Source of the DNA: Malacoraja senta
Lineage: Eukaryota
Reading direction: 5' to 3'
Length of the DNA stretch: 64,000 nucleotides
Assembly (NCBI GenBank): GCA_038087875.1
Contig: CM075978.1
Coordinates: 136,586,001 to 136,650,000 of the forward strand
In this document: positions 37,506 through 51,020 of the stretch, piece after piece
Position numbering within the stretch: the stretch's first letter is position 1
Layout: every line of letters starts with the position of its first letter
The notes under the pieces: generated by a model
What the model was told of the DNA's origin: nothing
What the model saw: only the letters and a program-made list of their open reading frames with translations
Databases searched by the model: none
Translations under genes and position numbers: made by a program

Positions 37506-38410
37506 GAGCTGAGATCTGCTTTGTTATTGCTGGATGGTGGGATTAGTCAGTGTAATTATTTTTAGAGGAGCATGGAGATGGATCAAATGGCCTTCCTCTT
37601 TACTTTAAATTTTCTAAGATTATAAAATGCCAGTCAGTATTTTGTTTTAATAGATTGATGTCTGCAACAGAATACTTTATATTTGCAATTTCCAAAGAAA
37701 ACATTGGGCATAAAATATATTATAGTTTCATCCATCTAAAAAAAGCTGCAATCATTACATCTCTAAATGTTATATAAATTTATTTACATTCTTAACTCAA
37801 ACAAATTACTGTGCTGAAATAATTAAATAAACCAATAATGGCAAATGCCATTGCTTGATTCATCCCAAATTAATTTGAAAATAAAAACAGAAAACCAAAT
37901 TTAAAAAATGAAAATGTATTACATGCTATTACATATTTAAGGAAAAAAATCCTCTCTGAATTATCTGGTTAATAGTTTATTAGTGCAATTTAAACTACTT
38001 AGCACAATCATTTTAGTAGAATCATTTTTCTACATAAATTTAGTTGGTGAGATCAGTCATGTTCCTCATATCATAGTATAAGTTAATAAGTTCAAAGATT
38101 TATTTCTGTAGCAGACCATGACAAGGAAATTTGCATATTTTTCATCTAGAATGACCATAAAATAATTATGTAATTATTTAGTGCGATTTATAATGTTTCA
38201 AAGAAATCAGGGATTCTCCTCCCGCAGGAAAATGGCGACCCTGCCTTGTGTTAGCAATAGCTTCATTCACGTTCTGAAGCTTCTACTCTGCAGGCCTAAT
38301 GGTAAAGAAAAACAACTCACTTTTATTTCCACACCTTTAACACTTTACCTCATTAAAAATGTTTATATATAATCTAGAAAGGAGTTAAAGCTTGCTACTG
38401 GATTCAGATC

Positions 38411-38665
38411 AAAGCACAAACTGCTGGGGTGACTCAGCAAGTCAGGCAGTATCTCTGGAGGATAGACACAAAATGCTGGAGTAACTCAGCGGGCCAGGCA
38501 ACATCTCTGGAGAAAAGGAATGGGTGACGTTTTGGGTTGAGACCCTTCTTCAGACTGATCGCTGGAGGACATGGATAGGTGATGCTTCGGGTCATGGCCC
38601 TTCTTCAGACGGATTGTAGAAGGGAGGGAGAAAACTGGAAAAGAGACGGTGTGGGACAAAGCCCA
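38411..38665 (-). mobile_element. PLE terminal unit with a second unit (38463-38561) inserted in it
   Basis: ctggagga duplicated at 38455-38462 and 38562-38569; two cccttcttcagac cores in tandem. Confidence 0.8.
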
Positions 38666-41600
38666 TTTTCAGATGGTACAGGGATATATGAGATTTGTCC
38701 CACGTGTGGCAAATCTGACATATCCAATGGATTATTGATCATTTAGTTGTTAACATTACAGGTGAATGAATGATACCTTACTCACCTGGGAATAAAGTCG
38801 CATTTAATTGATAACAAACTGATTTAGACCTAATATGATCTGCATTTTATCAAAATGTGATTGCCCTTTCTGTTAAAAAAAGTATTTGAACACCTGTACC
38901 TAGTGACTACCTGTTAGTTTGATGACAGGCAAATTAATTGATTTAGCATTAATTAATTGATAGAATAACTACATTTATATTAATTAACTCTAATTAATCT
39001 GCAAAAAAACAATGAAACTGCTTTAGAGTGAAAACATGGAAAAATTGTAAGAAATGACAAGAAAAAATAGACCGGGAATATTAGTAAAATCCTCATATGA
39101 ACCAAAAAAGAAAAGGAGAACTTTTATTGTTTAAGTAATGGATAAGTTACAAGACTTAAAACCACAAAACTATATATTTACTGCAAGAAGAAACAGGTGA
39201 TTACTCTCTGTAACACAATCAAGAGCTTGCACATCCTTCTAAATAAAAAAAAGTGAGGTGATTCGTAAACCCAAGGGCAACCCATTCATCCTGTCCTGTT
39301 ATCACATTTGCCATAAGGGGACCCATTAAGAAGGGTGGTCTAAAATCTTAAAGATAAGGCCTTCAGACACCAAGTTACATATGGATCACACCAGGAATAT
39401 CCATTTTACCGAGTATGTTGATGGACTAAAATACCTCACAACAAAACTCAACTATCCAAGTTATTTGCTGATACAAATCAGCAGCTGAGCTTCACACAGC
39501 TTCTACAGTATTAGCTGGATTTATTTTCTAATGTTTGGGCAGAATTGGTCTCCTCTTTCTTCAGCTATATTTCAAATAACATTAAATTATACCATCCTTT
39601 GAATATCTGATAACAAGTTGCCTTTTTCTTCTGTTTCTACCTTTTGACCATTCTGCACTTATGCTTTTAATATTGCAAAGTCTTTGCTAGACCTGGGGCA
39701 GGATAAAGGGAAGGTAGTAAATGAGGTCCACGTCCATCATTTGGACACTATCAAAGGCATTCTTAGCACACCTTTTGCAACCTCATGTGATTCAATGTGC
39801 ATTGCCCTTGATGTTGGTGCACTGTATATACAACAGGCTGGCGTTGAAAAAGTTCAGTCAACTATCACCACCTGGCTCCCCAGATTATTTTATCACGTTT
39901 TTATAACAGTGCCTAATTTCAAGGGTAAGGAGTCAAATCATATCAATATTTTTAATGGAATACATTTTATAAGGGATTGGAACCTGATAACAATTATGCA
40001 TCTTAGATTAAGTCTACAGTTAAATTGATTGTTGCAGTGTGTCCAATGTGCCGTCTATTAATTTTAAAGTGGCCTTAAAATAATAAAGTACCTGGTACTC
40101 TTATGTGGACCTGTTGCCAAAGACAGCTTGAATGGAAAAGACAAAAAAAAACATTCCTTTCAGTTTTGAGTACAATCTCATTGCTACTTCTTCTCTTCAA
40201 AGTTTTTCAGATTTGTGCGACACTAAATTATATTTTTGAATAATTTTTATTCACAGAAATATAGGATTGTTAAGGCAGAGAGAAGGGCAATTTAGTCCAT
40301 CGGGGCTATGCCAGCTCTTAAGGAGTAAACCTATCCGTTCTATTCATCTTCTCTGACCCATGGCTGTAAATAGTTCAAATAAGCATGACACATGCATATT
40401 CATTCTTGGTTATTTCATAAAGAAACTCGCTGTTAAATGAACTTTTCCACATTTACAATTCCAGCAGTGATGTTTTCTCCTTAGTTCTTCAAAATTCTAT
40501 TAACAAGCAGTGAGTTTTGTTTCAGACATTGGAACATTGCTCTGTTCAAACATGATAATAGGCAAGGTTAATATCCGGCCCTAACAAAACTGCATATGAC
40601 ATGAGAAACAAATCTAACTCTGACACCGATCGTATACTTCATGACTAGTTATGCTGTGGGGGTGATATTAATAATAGCTGGACATATGTTGTCCTTTTGG
40701 GCCTGATGATGTAAGAAAATCAATATAGCTTATAAACTAAACCAAATACCACATACGATACCATAAAAATGTCATTGCTATAAATCCACTTTCAGTACAA
40801 TTTAAAAATGGATTAATAAACAATTCATCTCGGAATCTGTTGGGCTGATCGATGGCAGTTCTGCGTAGCAATGGTATTAAATTAAAGAAATGAAAATTAA
40901 GTTAAAGGTCCTACATAAGATGGACACTGTCTTTTTTAAGCAGTTTTTCCAAGAATCTATGTGGACAGATTTGCAAATACCACTTATCTACATTAAGGGT
41001 CAGAATATCCATCAATTCAGCAGCTGTTTTAGGCTGTCACAACAAAGTCACAGTCTTACATAATCTTAAAACCAAAATACAGATCACATTCCAGTGATCC
41101 AATTAAGATAGAAATGCTTGCAATCAGCCAGGAAGCAAGTCCGGCAACAGATTGTAGGCTGTAACATCAATTTCCTAAGTGCATTTAAAGGATTACAATT
41201 GTTTCTTCTGGCATGCTGCAGAAACACCTATCTACAGTACATACTGCATACCACATTACTGTAATTGGGTACCTGAATAAATGCCTCTATTGCAGTAGGA
41301 GGTATTGCAAAAACGAGTTGCCAATATTTTTGCATTTGAACTCCATGCCCTGCTATTTGAGTTGCTTCTGCAATTTCTGCTGTTTATTTCTTCTCTGGCA
41401 GTGGCATGCTGTGTAGCTGTAACGTGCACATTGGTGGACAATAATTTCAGCTAATAAAGAACAGCTTGGGAAATAAGCCTCTTAAGTTGCGTTGACATAG
41501 GACTCGCATTCAGTTCAAATCATATCATCCTAAATAACTTAACAGTTGCAGGGCATAATACTGGGCTCCGCAACGTCCGTTGTCCGGTTATCACAGATGC

Positions 41601-41814
41601 TGCTTTGGATCAAATTTAAACACAACGTGCACATTTTGCTGCTTCCCGTCCCGACCACATTTATTGATGTGAGCAGTAACTGATGTGCAATATAGGCAGG
41701 AATGTGATCAGATTGGATCTAATTAAACAGCTAAAGCCTGGTGTTCATTTGGTTGCAGAAAGGCACCCCCACTTGTTCTAGTTAAATGAATCCCCAATTA
41801 TTGGAGTGTGGTAA

Positions 41815-41912
41815 AGATAGACACAGAGTGCTGGAGTAGCTCAACAGGTCAGGCAGCATCTCTGGTGAAAAAGGATGGGTGATGTTTCGAGTTGGGACCC
41901 TTCTTCAGACTT
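41815..41912 (-). mobile_element. PLE terminal hammerhead unit
   Basis: gatagacacagagtgctggagtagctc...gatgtttcgagttgggacccttcttcagac. Confidence 0.8.
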
Positions 41913-42336
41913 GCTGACAGACCCGAAGGAGGGTTTGTGGCAGGGAAATATTATTTAATTATTGGAGGACTTATCAGAGTTGCACAGAGTAATGAAGCGG
42001 AAGTTGGGATGGTATCTCAAGCAAAGTGCAAAGTGTTCGTTAAACAAGGTGCAATTTCAATAAAATAGAAATTCAATTCTTTCTATCTTACCATTGTCTA
42101 TTACCGATCATCTGAGCATCTGCTTGACATCGTTGAAAGAAAACCATTCTAAATATACATTCCAAATCATCTCTAAAAAGTCCAACTTCAACAACACTGA
42201 TACAAATATCAACTAATTGCCTTAAATGGCATCATATGGAAAAGTTGGGTTGGAAAGAAATGCCTGGTAATTCATTGCAGAATCTCTCCAATAAATGCAG
42301 GTGACAGCTGGCAGCCACATAGCTTACAAAGAAAGC

Positions 42337-42625
42337 TAGTTTAGTTTAGTTAAGAGATACAGCATGGAAGCAGGCCCTTTGGCATACTGAGTCCACGCCA
42401 ACCATCGATCACCTGTACACTAGTTCTATCCTACACACTACTGACAATTTACAGAAACCAATTAACCCACAAACCTGTGCGTATTTGGAATGTGAGAGAA
42501 AACCGGAGGACCCGGAGAAAACCCACGCGGCCATAGGGAGATCGTAAAACTCCGTACAGATAGCACCCTTGGTCAGGATCTAACCCAAGTCTCTGGCGAT
42601 GTAAGGTGCCATTGTGCCTCCCTTG
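42337..42625 (-). mobile_element. HE1/V-SINE-like SINE
   Basis: (tagtt)n tail; actccgtacagatagcacc...ggatctaaccc. Confidence 0.82.
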
Positions 42626-43975
42626 AAAGGATGGGTCCTGGATTCCATGCAAATCCCTGAGCATGGCGAGAGTTGTATGTTTCCCTTCCACCTTGAGAAC
42701 ACATACAGCGTATCTGGCAGGCCTGCTGCTGTATCAAGGAGGTCATTTAAGTATCCACCACTTTTATAGCTATCCATACTGTATTGAGGCATACACTGGT
42801 ATACATTGATAATAACAGGATTATTAATTTAAACCCCTGTCGTTGTGTGAGGAAAATAATATTTTTAACAAAGGGAGAGGAGGTTGAACAAAAACATTAA
42901 ACTCCCTATAAAAAAAGGAGTGGGGTCTGAAATGTTTCTTTTCTTCTTCCGGAGGAACTTTTAATCAAGCTAACTCGGAGGAGAGGAATCTCTCGCCTTT
43001 GCAGGCTTTGATGCAAAGTGAATTTAGGAAACCTAATTTATGTTCTGATCTTTTGCAAGTCCACAGCAGAAAAGTGGCCATAATCTACAGCTTCTCACTA
43101 TTAAGTTGACCAAAATTGGTAATATGGAAGGTCAGAAAGATTGCTGCAAAACATGGAATAATTCATTATGCGGAAGAGAATGTTGGTAGCAAAACAGCAG
43201 GGCTGAGAAATTCAATCAAGTAAAGGACAATTTTTTGTGTTATGCAATTGCAACACAGCAACAATTGCTAAATGGTTTTGTCGTGAGCAAATGGTGTGTT
43301 TTGATCACACACAAAGATGCGCAGTCAAAAAGCACGTGTTCATCCTTGCAAACCAATCAAATGAGCAAATAACAGTGAGTGAGCACAGCTCTGGGCTTCC
43401 AGGACCCTGATTCTGACTGCACTGTCTCAATTATGAGCGGCAGCAGTCTGGGCAAATTGACTGTAGGACGCAGCTTTGGGAGCATGTGTGCCATTACTCT
43501 GAGAGGAGAGAGCCAGGTTGCATTCCACTGGTGCTCTTTGGCATTCTCCAAGGCTTTCAGGTGGATGGTTCAGTGCCCCAAACATCTCTATTTGAAGGCT
43601 CATCAATCTGCATCTGTAGGTTGCCCCAAAGTGGGACTCATCTGATTCTTAAAGATCAGAACTGGAATGTGACCTTATCCCTGTGGGAACCACCATACAA
43701 GCTACCTTCTGCTTTGCCTGCCATCCACTCATGCATGGTGATATATTCATTTCGGGCGATTTACCACATGCAGCCTCTGCCTCAACCTGTCCTCTATATT
43801 CAGTCAGTGTCAGGATCCGAGATGGTGGATGCAAATTGTGGATGCGCTGAATGCGGGATTCACTTCCTCCTCCTAATACCACAGCTCTGCTGCCAGGGTT
43901 GGATAGCTGCTACATCTTGAGTATTCAAAGTGAGAAGAAGAGTAAAAATAGATGGTGGAAGAGGCAGGCAGGAGT

Positions 43976-44285
43976 GCTAGATGCAGGAAAAATGGTCCCC
44001 ATGTTGGGGGAATCCAGAACCAGGGATTACAGTTTAAGAATAGGCCATTTAGGACTGAGATGAGGAAAAAAAAATGTCACCCAGAGTTGTGAATCTGTGG
44101 AATTCTCTGCCACAGAAAGCAATGGAGGTCAATTCACTGGATGTTTTCAATAGAGAGTTACAGGTAGATTTAACTCATAGGGCTAACGGAATCAAGGGAT
44201 ATGGGGAAAAAGCAGGAATGGGTTACTGATTATGGATGATCAGCCATGGCTGAATGACCTACTCCTGCACCTATTTTCTATGTGT
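43976..44285 (+). mobile_element. CR1 3' end
   Basis: LDAGKMVPMLGESRTRDYSLRI; tail cctactcctgcacctattttctatg. Confidence 0.85.
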
Positions 44286-44788
44286 ACTTGAATCAAGTAG
44301 ATATCATAAATCCAAAATGAATTGTGTGATGAGGGGAGTGTGGGGTATGAGGGGGATTAAATAAGAGCATACTATGATCCTCAATATTATTCAAAGTGAC
44401 AAATGAGCCCATGGCCACTACACTCTTTGCCAAATAAAAGGGCCTATGACCATGATAAGGTTCCCAACCCCATACATGCTGTTGCAGCCTGTGGTTGCAA
44501 GCAACCTTGCCCTGCAAGAGAGAAGGGAAAGTATTAGTGACTGTGCTACAATGTGTGCCTATGATATAACTAGCAAAAATGACTAATGGTAGGTGTGGTT
44601 AAGATGAGAGCAGTATGTAAGTTTACCAATATAGTGGCCAAGTGTCTGAGTGTTCGTTTAGTGTGAAATTCACATTTAATGGAGGAAATTTGTTGCTAAT
44701 TTCATTGTTCTTAACCAAGCATAAGGTTATTTTCAAAAGCTAGTGGCACTTTGAATACTATTGAAGATCATGGTATGCTCTTACTTAA

Positions 44789-44893
44789 GATAGACACAAA
44801 ATGCTGGAGTATGGCAGCATCTCTGGATAGAAGGAGTAGATGACGTTTTGGGTCGAGACCCTTCTTCAGACTAAGTCTTCAGACTGAGACTGT
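44789..44893 (-). mobile_element. PLE terminal hammerhead unit with 10-bp TSD
   Basis: tcttacttaa at 44779-44788 and 44894-44903; stuttered tcttcagact at the 5' junction. Confidence 0.82.
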
Positions 44894-46384
44894 TCTTACT
44901 TAATCCTTCACACATCCGATTTCCCCCTCATCCCTGCAAGCTGCGATCTCTCTGACACGTTCTCCCACTGTAGCTTTATTTCAGTCCTCAGTGGCTTCTA
45001 GGACCATCTCATCTGCAGGACCTCCAATCTCTTCCACCAGGTTCTCGCGGATTGGCATCTGTGAGTAGGGGTCTGGTGTATGTACAGCTATCAAGTGAGA
45101 ATTTCATTGTTCCCTTGAGGGACATATGACAATAAAACACTTGACTATTTTTCAAGCTACACATTAACCAAGCTGTCGTGGGATACAGTAGCTGATTTCA
45201 GTTTAAGAGGTGCAGGCAACATGTCAGCCTGTTTGGGTTAGTTTCAGCTGAATGCACAGGGCTCCTGGGCATGCTAATAGGGGAATCTTCACAATCAGTA
45301 CCTTCTAAGTGCATAAGGTGCATGAAAGAGATTCACACAATAAAGGCACTAGAACAAACTGGCACATATTACTATTTTAGCACATTTGAATCTTGAGGGG
45401 ACTTTTAAAAAAAAATCAGCTCATACTGATTTTGAGTGCTTGGAACGGACAATTAATGTCCTTGGTTCGCAGCTGTACCCCTTAATAGCCATAAGCATGG
45501 AATCAGAATAAAGATTAATACAAGTTTTGACTGTACATAACATAAAGGCGCAGCATTACCTGATCCCTTGGAAACGGTATCCTTAACTATTCTTTAATTA
45601 GAAATAAAGTCAAGGTTAAATTGTCTTACAAGGTACTTAATAGTTAACTAACTCATGTTTGCCAGTTTTGTTTGGAAATAAGATTATTGAAGGATATGGA
45701 GCAAGGTAGGAATCAGGGATTAAAACAATAGATCGTTTGTGGTTCATAAAGTGAAGGAAAGGGCTTAGTTGGTCAAATAGTTTTCTTTTTTACATGCGGA
45801 TTTTATACGTAATTAATTTTCCTTGCCAACTTTTGTTTGTTTTTGCTGCTTGCATCCCAGTTCCAATGGATAATCAATGCACTTTCTTAGTTTGATAAAA
45901 GACTACATCTATGACAATTCAGGGTCTTGGATATGTCAAGCATTTTCTTTGTTTTCTTCTGTGGGAAGTTAGCTTTGTTTTTGATTTTATATTCCTTGAT
46001 GAGTTTTTTGTGTGTAAACATTATCTTTATGACTTTTTCCATTTGAGAATATAGCTCATCTCATGAGGTGACTCAAACACACCGATCCTTCAGGAATTAA
46101 TTTACCTGCAATATTTAGCAGAATACAGAATTCATGATTTTGCTTCTGTATAGTTATAATTTGAAGGGAACCTCTCTAGGAAGCATTAACAGGTTGGGGA
46201 ACACAGCAGGTTTATCAAAGGGACCAAGGATTGGCGAGTCGAGAATCTGACTCAGAAAGAACCCTCTCAAAAAATCAATGTTGATGCCAGAGCAAAATGA
46301 AAAATATTTGTTATTCCTCACTGTTTTCCCATTATAAATTAAATTAGTAAGAATTCCTGTGGGTTAAATTGTTTTTTGGCAGTA

Positions 46385-46650
46385 GTTCATAGGTTCATAA
46401 GTTATAGGAGCAGAATTAGGCCATTTGGCCCATTAAGTCTACTACGCCATTCAATCATGGTTAATCGATATTTCCCTCTCAACTCCATTCTCTTTCCTTA
46501 TCCCCATAAGCCTGACACTTTTACAAATCAAGCATCTGTCAATCTCTACCTTAAAAATATCCATCAGTGGCCTCACAGCCGTCTATAGCAACAAATTCCA
46601 CAGCTTCACTACCCTCCGACTATAGAAATTCCTCTCCATATCCTTTTTGA
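46385..46650 (-). mobile_element. CR1 3' end
   Basis: ataggagcagaattaggccatt...cattcaatcatgg...aaattccacag. Confidence 0.8.
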
Positions 46651-47679
46651 TTGCTTGTAGTACAAAGTGATCACAAATTTTACTCCCCACCTGATCTTGT
46701 ACAGTATTACCGTCTATGAGTAAAGATGCAAAACAGGTAAATTAGCTTTACCCCTTCACTATAGTTACTTTGTAAAGTCTACTCCTTTTTTATACTTCTG
46801 CCCGCACTAAAAGACACGGGGCAATGAACTGGAACATGGGTAAATCACGTGTTCAATAACAATAATTTTCTAGGGCATTAAACTTTGTTTATGATTTTGA
46901 ATATGGTCTTTTCTATTGCTGTTCATCATTGAGTTACAGCTACCATATTGTTTTGTTCCTGGAGTCCGCAGAGGGATCCATTTTAAACATTCGATCATCT
47001 GTTGCAGCCCCAGCCAAACTTTTGACTGTCTAGCTGTATCTCTCCACTGATGACAAAGATGGGCTCCATCTAGAAGTTAGCCAACCTCAACAAGCCCACT
47101 GGTCTATTTTCCCAGTGGTTCATCATTTATTTTAATGATATTGCTCCTCTGCCTAATGCCATCAACAAAATTCATTGACCACTCCTGATTAATAGCTTCA
47201 TTAATGTTGATTAGTGCAGCTCACATTTTAAAGGCAAAATATTAAACATGCTACTGAAGTCTCAAATGATATAGACATCTGAAGAAAACTGTATCTTATG
47301 GAAAATAAAAGCCTGGCATTCATCCGTACATGTGATTACAATGGATAGAATAACCAAACGCTTTTGGATTTAGTTGGTAATGAATTGAAAAGAGAACACA
47401 TTTAACCAGTAGTGTAGCGATTAAAGACATTTACAAAACATAAAATTCGAGTGAAGTATTGAATAGCAATAAAATTAAATGTTACTTTTCAGACGTACTA
47501 TCACTTATTTAATGTAGTACTCAGAATTAAAATAATATAAATATGACTAAGCCTCCTTTCAGTTTTGAAAACATCAACAGGAATCAGTTACCTAAATGTC
47601 TAAATATCGTATAAAAGTACCAGTGCAGGAGAAATATCTTGACTTGACAAACGTGCATACATTATCCACATGGAGCCAC

Positions 47680-47834
47680 TGGCTAACGGAATCAAGAGAT
47701 ATGGGAAAAAAGTAGGAACAGGGTACTGATTTTGGATGACCAGCCATGATCATATTGAATGGCGGTGCTGGCTCGAAGGGCTGATGGCCTACTCCTGCAC
47801 CTATTTTCTCTGTTTTTATGTTTCTATGTTTCTA
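47680..47834 (+). mobile_element. CR1 3' end
   Basis: ggtgctggctcgaagggc...cctactcctgcacctattttc followed by a (tgtttcta)n tail. Confidence 0.85.
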
Positions 47835-48493
47835 GAGCAATAATTGAAAATGCACCTATATATGTGTGGCATGTCACTGTTCCTTTTTTAATTTGTTGAA
47901 CAAAAGCACAGACAGCAGACTCCAAGTAGTTGGCCTTATCAAAAGTGACTGGTCTTGTGCACCTAATGGCAAAACATGAATGTTGCGCAAAGGTATAGTT
48001 CAAAATATTATCGCTAAATTTGTGGAATTGCTTTCAAATGCTGATAGGAAAAGCACACTGATAGCATTCATAGCCTCGATGCAATTAACACACTTATCAA
48101 ATATATAAATAAAATCTCATTTTTCCTATGCACTTATCTAAAATAAACTGTTTTACAATACATGCTTGGAACAGATCAAAAGGATGCACTTTACTACTCA
48201 CTTGTTCTCGTTATCATTGGAATGTTAGTTTTAATTTAAATATCAAAAGGTTTATCCAATGCGTAAAAGAATATAAAGTTCTGATTAGGTTTATACTGCA
48301 ACCCAAAGACTGGAAAAAATGTTAAAGTATAAAATTCCAAAATTTTCTGAAACAGAAAGTATAACCTCCATAAATCTGTATATATTTTATGGAATTAATT
48401 TAAAAATATATTGGCAGGCATCATTCTAAGAAAAACAGAGCTTCTTGATAAAATGCTAAGTATTACAAAAACGTACCAGCGTGCAATTACTAA

Positions 48494-48939
48494 AGGGCCT
48501 GTCCCACGGGCATGCGACTCCATGCGGCAAGCGCGACCTAACCGCAAGCGGGTGCCGTGCAGGGGCCACGCGGAGGTCGCGGGACCGGTCCCACTTCGAT
48601 CGCGGGAGCCGCATGGAGTTGTGACTGGTCCCGTGACTGGAGCTGGTCCCGACATCGCGCGGGGCTCCGAAAAACTGACACTGTTCAAAACTTCCGTGCG
48701 GCAACGGCCTGCCGCATCGAGGCCGTGCGCGCCGCATCGACGGCCGTGCGCACCGCCTCGCCGCCGTACGCACCTTGACGGCACTCGACCTCCGCGCGGC
48801 CCCCGCTTCCGATTTGGTAGCGCTTGCCGCATGCTTGTGGGACCGGCCCTATACGGGGATCACTCGACCTCCGCGCGGCCCCCGCTTGCGGTTAGGTCGC
48901 GCTTGCCGCATGGAGTCGCATGCCCGTGGGACAGGCCCT
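48494..48939. mobile_element. PIF/Harbinger-like MITE (446 bp)
   Basis: Perfect 59-bp TIRs at 48494-48552 and 48881-48939 starting AGGGCCTGTCCCAC; TAA TSD at 48491-93 and 48940-42; GC- and CpG-rich; no transposase. Confidence 0.88.
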
Positions 48940-49604
48940 TAAGAACATTTTTGTCATACGAATGCAACATGGAATTGGTTATATTCTGTCATGAAAGTGA
49001 TTAATTCAGGAAAGTGCTTCAGTATTTTGGTAAGTTAGTTGCCAATATAGATGGCACAACGTAGACAACACAAGCCAGCAAGGTGGACAGCAGTCCATCC
49101 AATTCATGTGTAATCATTTTGTGTTTTATTTGTACATTTCTTATTCATAATTCTCTCAGAGTTAAAGAGACACACGTGAAAATGTCTTTTGTTCAACTAA
49201 TTTATATATTAAAATTCTCCGAGTTTAAAATAAACCATCAGAAGAAAGTGATCAGTTGGAAAAATTCCCTGGAAAGTTAATAGTAAACAAATACATGAAA
49301 GTAAATCTCATATAGACTCTAGCTGAAAGTTTAACTGTTCTCCTTTCAAGGACAGTGCATGGAAAATGTTGAAATTTGAAAAGTTCAGTTCTTTACTTCA
49401 ACTGACTATATTCTTTGGTAGTGTAATTTTAATGTTACAGATTTAGGAGCACGGATGACTTGCTGAAATTAAAAAGTCACAATCCAACATGGTCATCAGA
49501 GTCATAACATCAGTTTAAGATTATGACAAAGAAGCCTGTTTATTGTATGCGGGTCTGGTCACATCATAAGAGGGACTTGGAGACTTGTGAAGATGGTGCA
49601 GACG

Positions 49605-49790
49605 ATCGCAGAAGCAGATACAGTAACAACGTTTAAGAAACATTTTGACAGACACATGAACAAAGAGGGAATAGAGGAATATGGAACATATGCTGGCAGA
49701 TGGATTAATTAGATGAGAATTATGATTGGCACAATGTGAGCTGAAGGGACTGCTCCCGTGTTGATGTACTGTTCTACCTTCTCTGTTCTT
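49605..49790 (+). mobile_element. Old CR1 3' end
   Basis: gaagcagatacagtaacaacgtttaagaaacattttgacagacacatgaa. Confidence 0.65.
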
Positions 49791-49973
49791 AAGGCCTCTA
49801 CTGTCTGTATCTCCCTCCCAGAACAGGGAAGAGTCAATAGACTAAAACAGGCCATAATGTTTTGTATAATTTGTTTTGGTTAGAACAAATTTTGGGCCAT
49901 GATGGGAGATCTCATGCCTGATCACAAACAAGTCATCAGCTCTCTCTGCCCCAGTCTCATCTCTTCCCCATAG

Positions 49974-50196
49974 ATAGGCACAAAACGCTGGAGTGACTCA
50001 GAGGGTCGGGCAGCTTCTATGGAGAAAAGGAATATGTGACCTTTCGGCTCGATGCCTATCTTCAATCTGAAGAAGGGTCTCGACGTGAAACATCAACCAT
50101 TCCTTTTCTCCAGAGATGCTGCATGACCCGTTGAGTAACTGCAGCACTTTTTGTCTATCTTTGTGTAAACCAGCATCTGCAGTTCCTTTCTACACA
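49974..50196. mobile_element. Fold-back PLE terminal unit pair
   Basis: Minus unit joined at tcttcaat|ctgaagaagggtctcgac to a plus unit; degenerate TSD at 49957-49973 and 50197-50213 (14/17 matches). Confidence 0.78.
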
Positions 50197-50801
50197 TCAT
50201 CTCATCCTCACAGGGCCCTCCTGTCTCTGACTATAGGTGTCTCTCCCCACAGATCAATGTTTTTTTATCTACTAACATTCAAATAATTTATTTGCTTGTC
50301 TATCAGAGAGAACAGCCTGCACTGGATTCATGCATCATTCCAATTCCAAATAGGTTTGAACTGCAGCCAGTGGAAGGTTTGATTATTAGCTTTTAGGTTG
50401 TCCGGTACCTGATTCAACAGACTGTCATTGCTTTTGTTCACTCAATCATTTCTGTTTTGTAAACTTGTGGTAATTTTTACCTTCAGGCGCAGTTGTTTTC
50501 TGCAAATAAGAAATGGAGGTTGACGGGATGCAAGAAAGGGGATGAAAGACAAAGTGCAAGATTGGTAACCATTAACAAATTAGGCAAATAGTGATTAGGA
50601 AAACACCCATTTATTAAACTCAATGGTTTTTTCACTAGTTTTTCACCATAAGCCTTTCTCTGATGTGTTTAACAGTCAATTAAAGGAAGAATTTCTCTAG
50701 ATGCACCAAGGAAAAGCAATTGAAAGTGACGCAGATTCCGCTCACCCTGCCGATGTGCATTTACAACCATTTTAATAATAACGCAGAGAGAACTTAGAAT
50801 A

Positions 50802-51020
50802 AAGAAGATAGGCACAAAATGCTGGAGTAAATCAGGAGGTCAGGCAGCATCTCCAGAGAAAAGGAATAGGAAAGGAGAGGTTTCGGGTCGAGACCCTTCA
50901 TCACACCCAAAATGTCACCATTTATTTTTCTCTGGAGATGCTGCCTGACTCGCTGATTACTCCAGCATTTTGTGTTTATCTTCGGTGTAAACCAGTAACT
51001 GCAGTTCCTTCCTACACACA
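50802..51020. mobile_element. Fold-back PLE terminal unit pair with 11-bp TSD
   Basis: aacttagaata at 50791-50801 and 51021-51031; junction gacccttcatca|cacccaaaatgtcacc. Confidence 0.82.

Noticed and set aside
39684-40028. 114-aa ORF
   Set aside because: Non-ATG start, no recognisable homology and no credible exon boundaries
48395-49004. 197-aa and 145-aa Arg/Pro-rich ORFs
   Set aside because: Stop-poor GC-rich MITE sequence with no transposase or Myb motifs
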